DNA of 64,000 nt, from contig NC_045698.1 in NCBI RefSeq assembly GCF_009834535.1, positions 11,906,001-11,970,000 on the forward strand. The letters run 5' to 3'. Below the pieces are notes generated by a model. That model ran no database searches and was not told the origin of the DNA. It worked only from the letters and a program-made list of their open reading frames with translations. Both the position numbers and the translations under genes were made by a program. Source of the DNA: Camelus ferus (Eukaryota). Position 1 is the stretch's first letter. The number at the start of each line of letters is the position of its first letter. Positions 52,200-64,000 of the stretch are shown here, piece by piece.

Positions 52200-54165
52200 T
52201 ACACCTGACCATTTTAATTTCACTATTTACAATATATTGTTGACATAGTGCTTTTCGTTCTCCAAATTTTTATTTGCATTTCCTTTTTGTTAAGTCAAAA
52301 ATTAATCCAAATGAATCCCAAATTACATTTCTTTTATTAAATCCAAAATTGTAACTCAATTCTCATCAATACTTCCTCACAGCTATTGTCTTTAAGACAG
52401 TTAGTGGTCTAAACTTGACAGCGGATACCAAAGTACTCCTGTTAAAGGTTCTGCATCAGCACCACGTTAGCTCTGGCTGCTGCAGCTGCCTGACCATGGC
52501 TCGTGTGGCATCTCTCCTCCTGAGGATCAGACTGGCCCTCACAAGTTGATTGGTCTGTCTTTGATTGAGACATCAAGACTGGGGTCAAAAGTGAGAGAAC
52601 ATAATATCATTCCCTCTCTGTGCAAGTTACCAAATCCCCAGGCGACTCTGCTGATTGGTTGCACAGCCAATCTGCAGACTAGACACAGGCTCAGTGGAGT
52701 CTTTCTGCTTAGCAGACTGTAAAACTGTGTTTACTGAATGTAAAATGCTCTCATGCAATATCTTTTGTTTCTCCACTGTTTGGTAGCATTCCTACTTTAC
52801 AGATGATGAAATAGATTTAGGGATGTTCAGTAACTTTTGAAAAGAGACAGAAGGAAGCTGGAGAATTCTGGTCTAGGCTTCTTCATGTGTAAAAGCCTTA
52901 TGTCAACAATACATTGTGAAGAGTGAAATTAAAATGATCACTAACACATTCATGCAGTATTTCCAGCAGTATCCCATCCTAAGGAACACACTCAGTGGGG
53001 CTGTAAACGTTTATTTATTTCCACTAAATCTGCAGCAGCAGTGAAAAAATCTTGTTCTAAATCTAGAAATACATGGAATATAATGTTTACATTAATGTTA
53101 CTTACATTATACTCACAAAAAATATTACATGCATAAACAAAAATATCACCTTTTCTTACCTAGAATGTGGACAAATTTTGCCCCCAGCCAATTTTGGTTA
53201 TTTATGAATTTTTAATTGTTTAGCTTTTCCTCTGAGTTATTTCTAAACTCTGTTAAGATCCTAATGGACATTATTAATTTGGAATTCACAATAATTCATA
53301 CACAGGCAGCCAGGTAAGAGCTGTGTTGCCAACTCAGTGTACAGACATTTTGCAAAAGAATTGCTGGCAGTGCTATGACATTTATAAGTTCTTTGAAGAA
53401 TACATGTCATTTAATTTAGACAAATATGCAATTGGCACATTAATTATTTATGACACTAAAATTGATGGAGATTAGGAAGATTTGAGTAGCTTATTAACAG
53501 TATAAACATTTGAATGTTAGAATAATTTATGATCATTTGTATGGCAGACAGTTGTTCTGTAGATCTGTCCTTTCTTTCCTGTTCACACGGACTCCCTGGC
53601 TAACTATAGTTCCCAGCCTCTTGTGCAGTGATTTACATGACTAAATTAGAGCCAATGGATATGAGCCAAGGCACGGATGTAATCTAAGCACAGACCATTT
53701 CCTCCTTGGAGATGCCACGCCCCATGCAGGTGGGCTGGGTCAGGATATTTCCTGTGAGCTTAAACAAAGGTATTTTAGCTTAATGCTCAGGCATGGGAGG
53801 CAGGGTTCCCAGAGATCAGCCAGGAGACAAGCTGCATTTTTAGACTCTGCCTCTTTTTCTTCTCAGCAGCTAGAGGTGAGGTGTTACCACTCTCACTCAT
53901 GGAGGTGAGGACGACATTTTAGAGAATGGTAGAGTGATGGCATGAAAGGAGCCAGAGTCCCTAAATGACATCACAGAGTAGAGCTGCCCCACCACCCCGA
54001 GCTGGCTGGACTGTTACGTAAAATAAACAGAAGCCACTGTGTTGTGGCATTTCTGTTACAGTAGCCTCACTTATAACCTAATAGAGTAAAACCCCAGGGT
54101 AACGCTATGCAACCGGGCATAAGGCAAACGTGTTGGAGATGCAAGGACTCTCGGTCAACCGGCTT
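52200..54165 (-). repeat. Right inner arm segment of the inverted duplication
   Basis: Reverse-complement match to 33960-35775, roughly 75-80% identity by eye. Confidence 0.9.
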
Positions 54166-54545
54166 CTACTTACCAAGAAGCTACTGGCTGCAGATCTGCT
54201 CCTTTCTGGCATCTCTCCAGTCCCCTGCAGGCACTGCTGCTGCACCTACTCACAGCCCACGGCTGCTCCTCGTGCCCATCAAAACTGAAATAGTCTCAGG
54301 GTCCCTATTGGCTACCAACTGACAAATGAACAGCAAACTCTAGAACTTAATTATTTACCCAAAGACACCTGAATACTTTCTGGTCTTCTTTTCCCAGTCT
54401 TCTTTTCCCATCTCTACCTGTACCTTCTGCCTCACACAAACCAGACTTGTACTCTTCCTAAATATGTCCCTTCTTCTCCTCTGTCCACAGTATCTCTTCT
54501 ATCAGCTCCACCCAGCTTTTTTCACTTGCAGATGAGTCCTCAATA

Positions 54546-55058
54546 TGCAATAGGGAAGAGCAAATCTGACTTCACGTTAGATCTGTTTCTTTTACTTTAA
54601 CCTTTGTATTCCATCGCTGTTGCTACGAGTTAATCAGTGAAGGGATGTTGCCTATAGCTTAAAATATACATAATGGCCCATCTCCCTCCCATGCCTGAGC
54701 CTTAAGCTAAAATACTTTGTTTAAGCTCACAGGAAACATCCTTAGCCAGACCACGATGAATGGCTGCAGGAAGGAAGAAATTAACACATCCCCTCTGGAG
54801 TCCGGATTCTGGAACTAGGAAATATTTGCAACAACTTATCTCCTTTTTTCCTTGACCTCCTCACCATCCCTTCCCCTTCTGCTCTATGAAAGAACCCAAC
54901 ATCCAAACATAGACAGGAGGGTTCTTTGACACACCAGTCTACCATCTTCTCGGTCTGCTGGGTTTCCAAGTAAAATTTCTATTCCTTGCCCCAACAACTC
55001 ATTTCCTGATTTACTGGCCTATCATGTGGCAAATAGTACAAGTTTGCACTCAGTAACA
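54546..55058 (+). mobile_element. ERV1-type solo LTR (MER34-like)
   Basis: TG..AACA termini with flanks AATA/AATG. Internal gacaccagtctaccatcttctcggtctgctgg..taaa..attccttgccccaac is typical of this LTR group. Confidence 0.65.
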
Positions 55059-55312
55059 AATGTTCCCCCTCCTTCAGAATCCATCTGAAATGACAACTCC
55101 TTAATGAAAACTTTTCTCATCTCCCTAATTGCTGACATAGTCTATTCTTAATACCTATTGCCTCTTTGTTTGTATTCCATTGTATTCCAGTTTACCCCAT
55201 TTTTATTCTATTAGTTAATTGTGTAATTTCTTACCATCCTTAATGAGTCATGAAAGTCTCCTGAAGACAAGGGTGTCTGAATGTAGAACCAGTAGAATAA
55301 TATAAAGGATAG

Positions 55313-55782
55313 TGTGATATTGTGATTTGTACCAATAGATATTTGGTCTTTGTCCCATTCCTGGCACAGAGCTCATAAAATCCTTGGAATGTTTTAAGTG
55401 AGGGGAATGAGAAAGGCATCTTTTGTTAGGTCCATAAGCTGACTTTTGGAAAGCCCCTTGGTAGCTTAGCTGAGAAGGTATCACAACCAGAACTCCAGGG
55501 GACAGAATCTCCTGTTTGGGACCTTCCTGACCTCACCCTATATATCTCTTCATCTGGCCTGTTCATTTACATCCTTTAATATCTTTTGTAATAAACCAGT
55601 AATCTAGTAAGTAAACTAGTTTACAAATTCTCTGAGCTGCTCTAGCAAATTAATCAAAACTGAGGAGACGGTCATGGGAACCTCTGAAATACAGGCAGTC
55701 CAACAGAAGGCTTGGGATTCACATCTTAAGTCGAATCTTCAGAGTCTTATGGGACTGAGACCTTAAACAATAGGTTCTTACA
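55313..55782 (+). mobile_element. MER21-like LTR
   Basis: tgtgatattgtga..atatttggtctt..ttcctggcacagagctc..aatccttggaat..gacccttcc..tctcttcatctgg..gagctgctctagcaaattaatcaaa. Confidence 0.75.
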
Positions 55783-58700
55783 CTTCTTCCTATGAAAGGC
55801 TAGTGCTGCCCCCTTCCTTGAAGGTGTTGCAGAAGCCTCTCCATCATCACCATAGGACAGAATTCTCCCAACCCAGGATCCACCACTAACTCCATCCAAG
55901 GGCACTAGACGAGTAACTAGAAAGCAGATCAGCAACGACAGCCTATGGGTCAAGTCTAACCTATAGTCTCCTTTCTGTAAATAAAGTTTTATTGAAACAT
56001 AGCTATGAACATTCAGTTCCATATTGTCTGCAGCTGCTTTCATGCCCCAGTGAGAGACTTGAACTGCTGCAACACAGCCTAAAATGTTTACTACTGCCTC
56101 TTTACATGGAAAGTTTCTGAGCTAGAGTCAAGTCATAATAAAACCCAGCAGGAGAAGTACTGGTCCTGATAAGGGAGAAAAAGAAATTTACACCCAAGAA
56201 GATGAAAGACCTAGCCAATAAATACTCAGTAGGAGTGGAAGAATGTTTATGATATTGAATTTTGAAGGACCTGGATAAAGGAGGATGGAGTTTTGGAGGA
56301 TGGATAATGGAGAGATTATTCATGAGAGAGAACTCTTGTGAATAGGTGATGAGACATCCAGGCCCAGGATTTAAGAATCTCTTGGTTGGCTCTTGGAAGC
56401 TTAGAAAAGCCATGACCACACCCAGTGGAGGAGATATGTGAGCAATGCCTTGGCAAAGCCTGGACAAAGAGATCAAAGGCTCAGAGAAGCAGGCACGCTA
56501 GAAGGGGTACACTCTGTATGCCTGGGAAATCCACCAGTTCACTGTGAGTCACAGGGGCACCAGAGGACACACCATTTCCCAGAGCTGTAAGGAATGAGGG
56601 GGTGAGAGGGGCATCACCTTTCAGAGCATCTCAGCAGGGCTGGGCTCTGCAGGCAGGGCTGACGCTGCAGGATATGCTGTTATAGAACTGGGCTCCCTGA
56701 AAACAAAGAGGATGAGAAGATCCCAGATGGGTAGAGGCCGGGTGGCAGAACTTAAATATCAGAAACAAAGAGGATGCGATTATAATGAGTGGCAGGGGGC
56801 CCTCACTCACAGAGAGCCACAGACATGAGCGCTGGAACCTGGCGTGGTTAAGGGCAGGTGCAGGGTGATAACAAAGATACTGCTACCAACCCCCCACAGA
56901 AAATCACAGCCAATTTCCAGCCCTGAGCCAGTCCTTCAGCCCCAAACCTGCTGCCTGAGGGAAAGGCTGGTTTGAGGAAGGATCCTGTTAGACCAAAGCG
57001 GGGGCATGTGGGAATAATTTCCCGTCTTCACCCAAAGGGACGTGTGGCCATTTCCCTGGCTTTCCCAGGTATCTCAGGGACTCTCGGGCAGGGCAGTCTC
57101 CACTGACACTCAGAGATTTTTGTGTTTCGTCATGATTCTCTGCTAAAGTGGGGTCTTATGGAGGGTAGGTGATGAGACATCCGGGCCCAGGCTCGTTCAC
57201 GGTGGGTTTTTTGGCTCCGTGAATCCACCTGGTGATCATCTGTTCAGTCTCTGAGTGTATCCAGAAATGGATGTCCTTAGTAGCTGCCAGAATCCCCCTC
57301 ATTAGCTCGTTGGTTTTAGGGTGAGCTTCTGTAGAGGAGAAGGCCACATGGAGGACCTGAACCTGTCCCTCCATGGTTGAGAGAGTAGACAAAAATCAGT
57401 GTCACGTCTGGGGGAAAGACAGAGACATCCGCCACCCTAACACACTCAACACTGCAAGGGTAGTGGACCATTCCCCCAAGTCCCATTGAATTCTCCACTC
57501 TGCCCCCTTTAAAGCCAGGGGTCTGATAACTGAGGGCAGACCTCGTGGATCTGTCACCCCTGCTGAACACCCAGCCGGCCAGCAGCCGGATCCACGCTGA
57601 GGCCCCAGTGCGGCTTCCTCCCCTGAGGAGACCAACCAGTTACTTGTCAGCAACTTGATTGCCTGGGGTCCCTTTCAGTCTGGAAGTGGCAGTGATGGAT
57701 GGAGACCAGAACTGACACACAGTCAAGAAATGCCTTTGCCTTTCGTGCCTAAGGGGACTCAGCCAGCACTGCCGTCCGTGAGTTTATGTTTATTTGATAA
57801 ACCGGTGATGGATCCTACGTAATGTGACTGTGGACCAGGAATCCCATTCTATAGCAGCTGGGTCCTACCCACACCGAGCCACACACCGCCCGGAAGGTGT
57901 CTGCCTAATACAGAGCCTTTTGAGAACAGCGAAGGCGACAGCCTGGGGATGACTCCCTGGGAGGATGGGTGGCATTGCACCTCTGCAGGTTACGTAGCAC
58001 TGGGCCCCCAACAGGTGTAACCGACTGGTCCATGAAACAAGGATTGGAAGGAGGCCCGGCCCTCTCACCATTCCTCTCAGTGAGCTGCTTGGAGAACTGT
58101 GTTCCCTGTCACTGCACACTGGGTCTCTTGGGCCCTGCTTTTCAGAGAGGGGGTGCTTCTCTCAGGGGACCCGGCAAGAATTCCTGAACTTGAAGCTACA
58201 GCTGCTGCCTGGCCACAGCCCCATCCACCCGGGTGACTCACTAGGCTGTTCCCTGGTACCCCCTTGCCGAACTTTGATGGGAGGTGAGCAAGAGCAGTAG
58301 CTGTGGGTTGAATTTGGCCATTTACCACCTCAGCCATGTCCTCAAGGTGACCTAGGGCTCAGCGCCCTTGGGGATGAGAGTCTGGGTCACCCCCCTCCCC
58401 GCCCAGGTATGCCACCCTGAGCAGCCGGAGTGCTGTCTGAGGGTGCGGGGGGTCTAGGGAGGCCAGTAGAGGAGGGACACAGGGAGACCAGCTGAGGTGA
58501 CAGGGGCTGGAGCTGATCTCAGTAACCTTCCCTGTGTGAGTTTCCCCGGAAACAGAGCATTCAGAGTCACGTGCAGCTCTGCTCAGATGGGGTGAAACTC
58601 CTGGATGAAGGCCTGGGACTTGGAAGGCCCCAGGGGTGACCGTAGCGGGTCCAGGCGTCTCCCCTTCAGGACCAAAGCCTGCACTGCCCACGCGGTCAGG

Positions 58701-59057
58701 AGAGCTGGCTCTGACTTCTGCGAGGCGCTCATCAGGGAGCCCCACTCAGGAATGGCCCTCGGCCGGAGGCAGCGGCCTCATTCAGGGCTGCAGCCGGTTT
58801 GCAATGGCATCCGGACACGGGGCTCTGCGGGAACCCAGGGCAGCGCCCTGGGCCCCATCAGGAAAACTCTGAAGGGCCATTTCCACGGCCAGCCTCCCTG
58901 GGTATCCCCTGAGGCTTCTCCTGTGACCGCGTCCCAGCTCACCTCCGCCCCCTCAGCCCTCACTGGGATGTCTCTGTGAGTGCTCCCCAAAATGCCCTGC
59001 CTGGGACCTTCTGTGTCAGAAGCGGCTTCCCAGGAACCTGAGACCTGGCTCTGGTTT
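55783..59057 (+). mobile_element. Second copy of the ERVL provirus in the right arm (5' part missing; 3' LTR ~58632-59057)
   Basis: Mirror image of 25020-28282. Homology stops at the MER21-like LTR. Confidence 0.72.
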
Positions 59058-60134
59058 AGGCACCTGACAGACACCTTTTCCCAGTTGTTGTAATTCTGGG
59101 CTAAAAACAGAGCAGGGAGTAAGAATTAACAATTTCCCTTACCAATTGAAAATTAAAATATTTAGTAGTTTCATTCAGCAGAGACATTTTGCTGAACACA
59201 GAGGCTTTGTTTGGATGGGAAGGCATCTCCACACAGCGTCTTTCCTTCTGTGAGCTTCTGGCGCTTCAATTATTTACTTTTTAATCAAGTTCCAATCCAT
59301 TGTTGGGATGGATGTTTCTCAAGTAATTTTTTTTAATGTAGGAAGTTTCCTAAAAATTAGAATCCATGTGTCATTATATAGAATAAGCGGACAGGTGGTG
59401 AATGGACTTATGTTTAATGCTGAATGCCGTCAGCCTGAACCCCTGGAAGAGAAGGGCCCTTAGCAGTGTCTTTTTCCTCCCTCTACTCGCAATTAATTTT
59501 GTCAGTTTGTGATCTACAGCATCAGATCATAGGGGAAAAAAATCTGGTCATCACCTTCACTTCTTTAAAGAGGATCACAGGTAACTAATCTGCAAATTTA
59601 ACTTCTCTTTCTGTCTCTGAATTATTTCTTTGCAAAGAGAAAGTCGTTCACTGAGCCTTGGTAGATCTTTAAGTCACTGAATTTCTTTCTTAAGCTGAGA
59701 GTTTCGGTGCTCTTTTTGATAAACTTGGTGGCATTAGGTCCCAAAAGAACATAGGTGATCAAAATTTTTAAACATTTTGTCAATTATCAATTTTAAAACT
59801 AATAACATTTGTAGTGAATCCATTTGAAATATAGATCAGAAACCAACAGATAGCATGTGGAGCAGGATTTTATGAGAGGCTTTTTTAAAAAATATTTATT
59901 CCATGCCTTTCTAGTCCTTGGCATGTATGGAATTTCATTTTTATATGTTTTGATGTCATAAACATCATTTTTAGTGTGAAATTTTTTTATTATGGAATTT
60001 TCTAAATGGATGCAAAGTAAAGGGAATAGTACAGTAAACCTTCCTGTACACATTGCTCAGCTTCAATAATTTCCAACATTTTGTAAATCTTTTTTATTTC
60101 CCCCTCTGCCTCCTCCTCCCTGTTCCCCTCCCCC

Positions 60135-60136
<2 letters not shown>

Positions 60137-60173
<37 letters not shown>
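60137..60173 (+). repeat. (AC)n microsatellite
   Basis: Direct reading. Confidence 0.95.
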
Positions 60174-60175
<2 letters not shown>

Positions 60176-60700
60176 TTTTCCTGGAATATTTGAAGAAATA
60201 ACAGACCTTGTGTCATTTTCTTCATAAAATACTTTATATGTGTTTAAGCAGTAAGACTTAAGGAAAAAAATACCCGAGTATTATTATATCCCCCAAATAG
60301 CAATATCTTAAATAGTCTAACACATAATCCATGTTCAAAAGTCCCCAGTTATCTCAAAGTTGTCTTTTACAGTTGGTCTTTTCAGATAATAACAACCAAT
60401 CGATTTCATAAACTGCATGGTTACTACTTCTTTTAACTATTTTAGTCTACATGGTTTCCCCTCCCCCTCATACTACTGAATTTGTTGGAGAAGTCAGACT
60501 ATTCATCCTCTACAGAACTGTATCCATAGTCTAGAATAGCATGATTGTGATTTTTCTGCGATTTTTAACTTGTAGCTCTGTCCTCTGTATTTCCTATAAA
60601 CTGGTAGTTGAATGGGACTTGATTCGATTAAAGTTCATGTTTCCTGGGTCATAGCATTTCCTCTGATGTGTACTTTCTGTGAAATCATATCAAGAGCTTA

Positions 60701-60794
60701 CGGTGTCTATCAGCTTCGTAGTGTAGTCTAAAGTCAGGGAGTGTGATACCTGTAGCTTTGTTCTTTTTCCTCAAGATTGCTTTGGCAACGTGGG

Positions 60795-60860
<66 letters not shown>

Positions 60861-62662
60861 TTCCATATAAATTTGGGAACTTGTCCTTATTTTGTGAAAA
60901 ATATCAATGGCATTTTGATATGGATTGCATTAAATATGAACTTTGTTTTGGGTAGTATGGACTTTTTCACAATATTAATTCTTCCAGGGCAAGAACACAG
61001 TATATCTTTCTATTTCTTTGTATCATTTTCGAATTCCTTCATCAATGTTTTGTACTCCACAGAGTATAGGTCTTTTACTTCCTTGGTTAAGTTTATTCTT
61101 AGGTATTTTATTCTTTCTGCTGTGATTTTAATCAGGATTATATTCTTGCTTTTTCTTTTTGATAGTTTATTATTAGTGTACAGAAAAGCAACAGAGTTTT
61201 GTATATTAATCTTGTATTCTACAACTTTACTCAAAACAGCATGGTACTGGCACAAAAACAGACACATTGATCAATGGAACAGAACAGAGGACCCAGAAGT
61301 AAACCCATGCAGCTATGGCCAATTAATCCATGACAAGGGAGGCAAGACAATGGAGGAAAGGCAGTCTCTTCAACAAGTAATGCTGGGAAAACTGCACAGC
61401 TACACATAAAAGAATGATTTAGAACGTTCCCTTATACTGTATGTAAAAATAAACTCATAATTGTTTAAAGACCTAAATGTAAGACCTGAAACCATCAAAC
61501 TCCAAGAAGAGATCATAGGCAGAACACTCTTTGATATTAATTGTAGCAATATTTTTTTTAGATCTGTCTCATAAGGGAAAGAAATAATAGCACAAATAAA
61601 CAAATGGAACCTAATTGAACTTAAAAGCTTTTGCACAGCAAAAGAAAGCATTGACAAATCAAAAAGACAACCTACTGAATAAGAGAAAATATTTGCTAAT
61701 AATATGACCAAGAAGGGAAAAACATCCAAAATCTATAAACAGCTCATACAACTCAATATCAAAATGAAACAAGACAAAGAACCCAACCAAAAGATGAGAA
61801 GACCTAAATAGACATTTTTTCCAAAGAAGATGTACAAATGAAAAACAAGCAAATGAAAAGATGCTCAACATCAATAATTATTAGAGAAATGCAAATCAAA
61901 ACCACAGTGAGATACCACCTCATGCCTGTCAGAATGGTTTAGCATTAAAAAGTCTACAAATACCAAATGTTGACAAGGATATGGAGAAAATGGAACCCTT
62001 ATACACTGCTGGTGGGGATGTAAATTGATACAGACACTATGGAAAACAGTATGGAGGTTCTCAAAACACTAAAAATAGAACTATAATATGACCCAACCAC
62101 TCCACTCCTGGGCAGAAAAAACACTAATTTGAAAAGATACATGCACCCCAATGCTCATGGCCACATTATTTACAGTAGCTGAGATATGGAACCAACCCAA
62201 GATATGGAACCAACCCATGGGAAGTACCCATGAAGAGATGAGTGGATAATGAAATATATCAACAATGGGCATATATATATATATATAATGGAATATTACT
62301 CAGCCATAAAAAGAATAAAATTCTGCCATTTGCAACATATGGATAGATCTAGAGATTTTTAGTGAGATATGTCAGACAGAGAAAGAGACATACTCGGTGT
62401 TATCCCTCATATATGGAGTCTGAAAAACAAAACAAATGAATGTATACAACAAAACAGAAACAGACTCACAGATACAGAGAACGAAATAGTAGTTACCAGT
62501 GGGGAGGAGAAATACAGGGATAGGGGATTAAAAGATGCAACTACTATACATAAAATGGGTAAGAAACAAGGATATATTTTACAGCACAGGGAAGTATTGA
62601 ATCACTATGTTGTACACCTGAAACTATCCACTATTGTAAATCAACTGTATTTCAATAAAAAG
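60701..62662 (+). mobile_element. 5'-inverted (twin-primed) L1 insertion: inverted part ~60701-61230, sense part ~61231-62662
   Basis: TSD AAGAGCTTA at 60692-60700 and 62663-62671. The sense part begins TCAAAACAGCATGGTACTGG (ORF2 KTAWYW) and ends AATAAAAA. The minus-strand part encodes ORF2-like [31 protein letters not shown]. Confidence 0.92.
60798..60859 (+). repeat. (TG)~30 microsatellite inside the inverted L1 segment
   Basis: Direct reading. It produces the CVCVCV runs in the ORF track. Confidence 0.95.
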
Positions 62663-64000
62663 AAGAGCTTATGAAGTCTGGTTGTCCTACATTCAGAAAC
62701 GTCACTAATCGTTCCAGTGATGTCAGAAGGTTCTGCAAGTTTCTTAAGAACATTTCACCTATAATTTCAGGATTCACTCACAACCATCACTTAGATCCAG
62801 TGCTTCATTAAGGAGGGAGATAGCATTTTCTTAGTGTCATTCCTTCTGCATTAGTTAGGCATAATTCTGTAAAGAATAATATATCCTTGTCAATTTTTTG
62901 GCCTCCCTGAAATAGAGATTGTATAGGAAGGGCAGGACAAATTCTTTATTCTTTTGATGTATCTATCAATTTTTAGAGTAATGAGTTGGTGTTCTTAAAA
63001 CCACCAATGGCAACTAGTAAGTTTAAAAAAATCAGTATTATTTAACTCATAAATTCTTATATACGTAATATATTGAGTGTAATTATTATTCTTTTTGATA
63101 GTCATACTGTGCCATTTTGGCTAATGAGATCTCTGTCAAATTGGCTTCCTTTGGACATGATCTATTTAGTTGTTGATAGTTTCTGGCTTTACTGCATTTC
63201 AAGATTTCCCAGGCTCATTTTGTACATTATATATTCTATATAGATTTCCAAAAAGTGATTTACTAGATCAAAAGGAATAACTATCTTTAAGGTGGTTTGA
63301 CTGAATGCAAAGTGGCTTTAGAGGTGGGTAGACCAGGATTAGAATCCAAGCTCTATTGCTTCCCTGCTTTGGGGACCTAGAAAGGGCTTTATCTCTCATC
63401 ATGATGATAATAGGACCTCTTATAAGGAAGAGGAAGTAATAATAACGTATAGAATTATTTTATTATAGTGCTAAGTGGAAAAAATAGGACTCACAATTAT
63501 ATTTAAAAAGTCATAGAGAATTATTGTGATCAAATATGCTCACATGTCCATAGTGGTGTCTTGGACGGTGGGACTACAGGTCGTGCAGTCTCTTCTTTCT
63601 GCTTCACACTGTACTTTTCCACACAAGCTGGAAGGGAAAGAAGTAAGATGACTTCATTTATAAATAATAAGCCCACACCACAAATCCCATAGTGTTGATG
63701 AAAATTCATTTGGGGTATGATTTATCGCATACTCTATTTGTATCTTTCGTGGTCAATTTAACCCACTTGTCCTTTAATAGAATTTAATGCAAACTCTGTA
63801 ATAAAGAAAAACACTGATGTGCCTACACTCTGCCATCTGCTTCCTTTCTCTATATTATATCGTATTGATTTCAAGGGACCAGGTCAAAGCGGAGTGTGTC
63901 CTGCTTTCAAGGATGACCTCTGGCGGCTCATGCTCTTCTGCCTCCTCGTTCCCGGGGGAGAACCTCTAGGTTCTGGGCTGACAGCTGATGGCAAAGCAGC

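Larger units (their letters stand above)
55781..64000 (-). repeat. Right outer arm of the inverted duplication (continues beyond the window; carries an extra ~2 kb L1)
   Basis: Mirror of 22070-28282. The 1993-nt shift in coordinate sum is accounted for by the L1 insertion at 60701-62662, its TSD and small indels. Confidence 0.97.

Noticed and set aside
51626..52208. 188-aa (-) and 134-aa (+) ORFs with poly-F or poly-K runs
   Set aside because: Driven by an A-rich low-complexity tract at ~51947-52030; no homology recognised.
60743..61409. 210-aa Cys/Val-rich hydrophobic ORF
   Set aside because: Translation of a (TG)n repeat plus antisense L1, crossing the inversion junction.
49800..64000. 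RETREG1/FAM134B terminal exons expected upstream of ZNF622
   Set aside because: No matching coding sequence was seen in the ORF track or by eye.
1..64000. CRISPR arrays, tRNA/rRNA/snRNA genes, prokaryotic systems
   Set aside because: This is mammalian DNA. I recognised no repeat-spacer array or structured RNA gene; the tandem repeats present are micro- or minisatellites.

Overview
Eutherian (mammalian) genomic DNA. It is probably a camelid or other cetartiodactyl, inferred from the L1 3'UTR types and from seeing no Alu, Bov-A, PRE-1 or CAN SINEs. The only protein-coding gene I can support is an intact six-exon ZNF622 (ZPR9; Rei1/Reh1 family, cytoplasmic pre-60S maturation factor) on the minus strand. 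Its CDS runs 49627->37794, 1425 nt, 474 aa, with all introns GT-AG and in phase. The main structural feature is that this gene sits in the ~16.4 kb spacer of a large inverted duplication: ~22070-35775 is mirrored by ~52200-64000 and runs off the window end. Arm identity is a mosaic: a ~3.15 kb near-perfect core, a ~450 bp ~98% island, and older ~75-90% segments (identities estimated by eye). This pattern suggests recurrent arm-to-arm gene conversion. The converted core is an ancient ERVL/LTR16-type provirus that has become GC/CpG-rich. The ZNF622 protein differs from the human sequence at normally conserved positions. Its promoter has TATA+Inr, a ~25-bp degenerate CCAAT/DUX-like array and a MaLR fragment, and the usual upstream neighbour RETREG1 is not visible. 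It may therefore be a diverged paralogue or a rearranged locus. The rest is intergenic or intronic sequence with L1, MIR, MLT/ERV LTRs, hAT DNA transposons and microsatellites. Repeat family names come from recalled consensus features and need RepeatMasker/Dfam confirmation.
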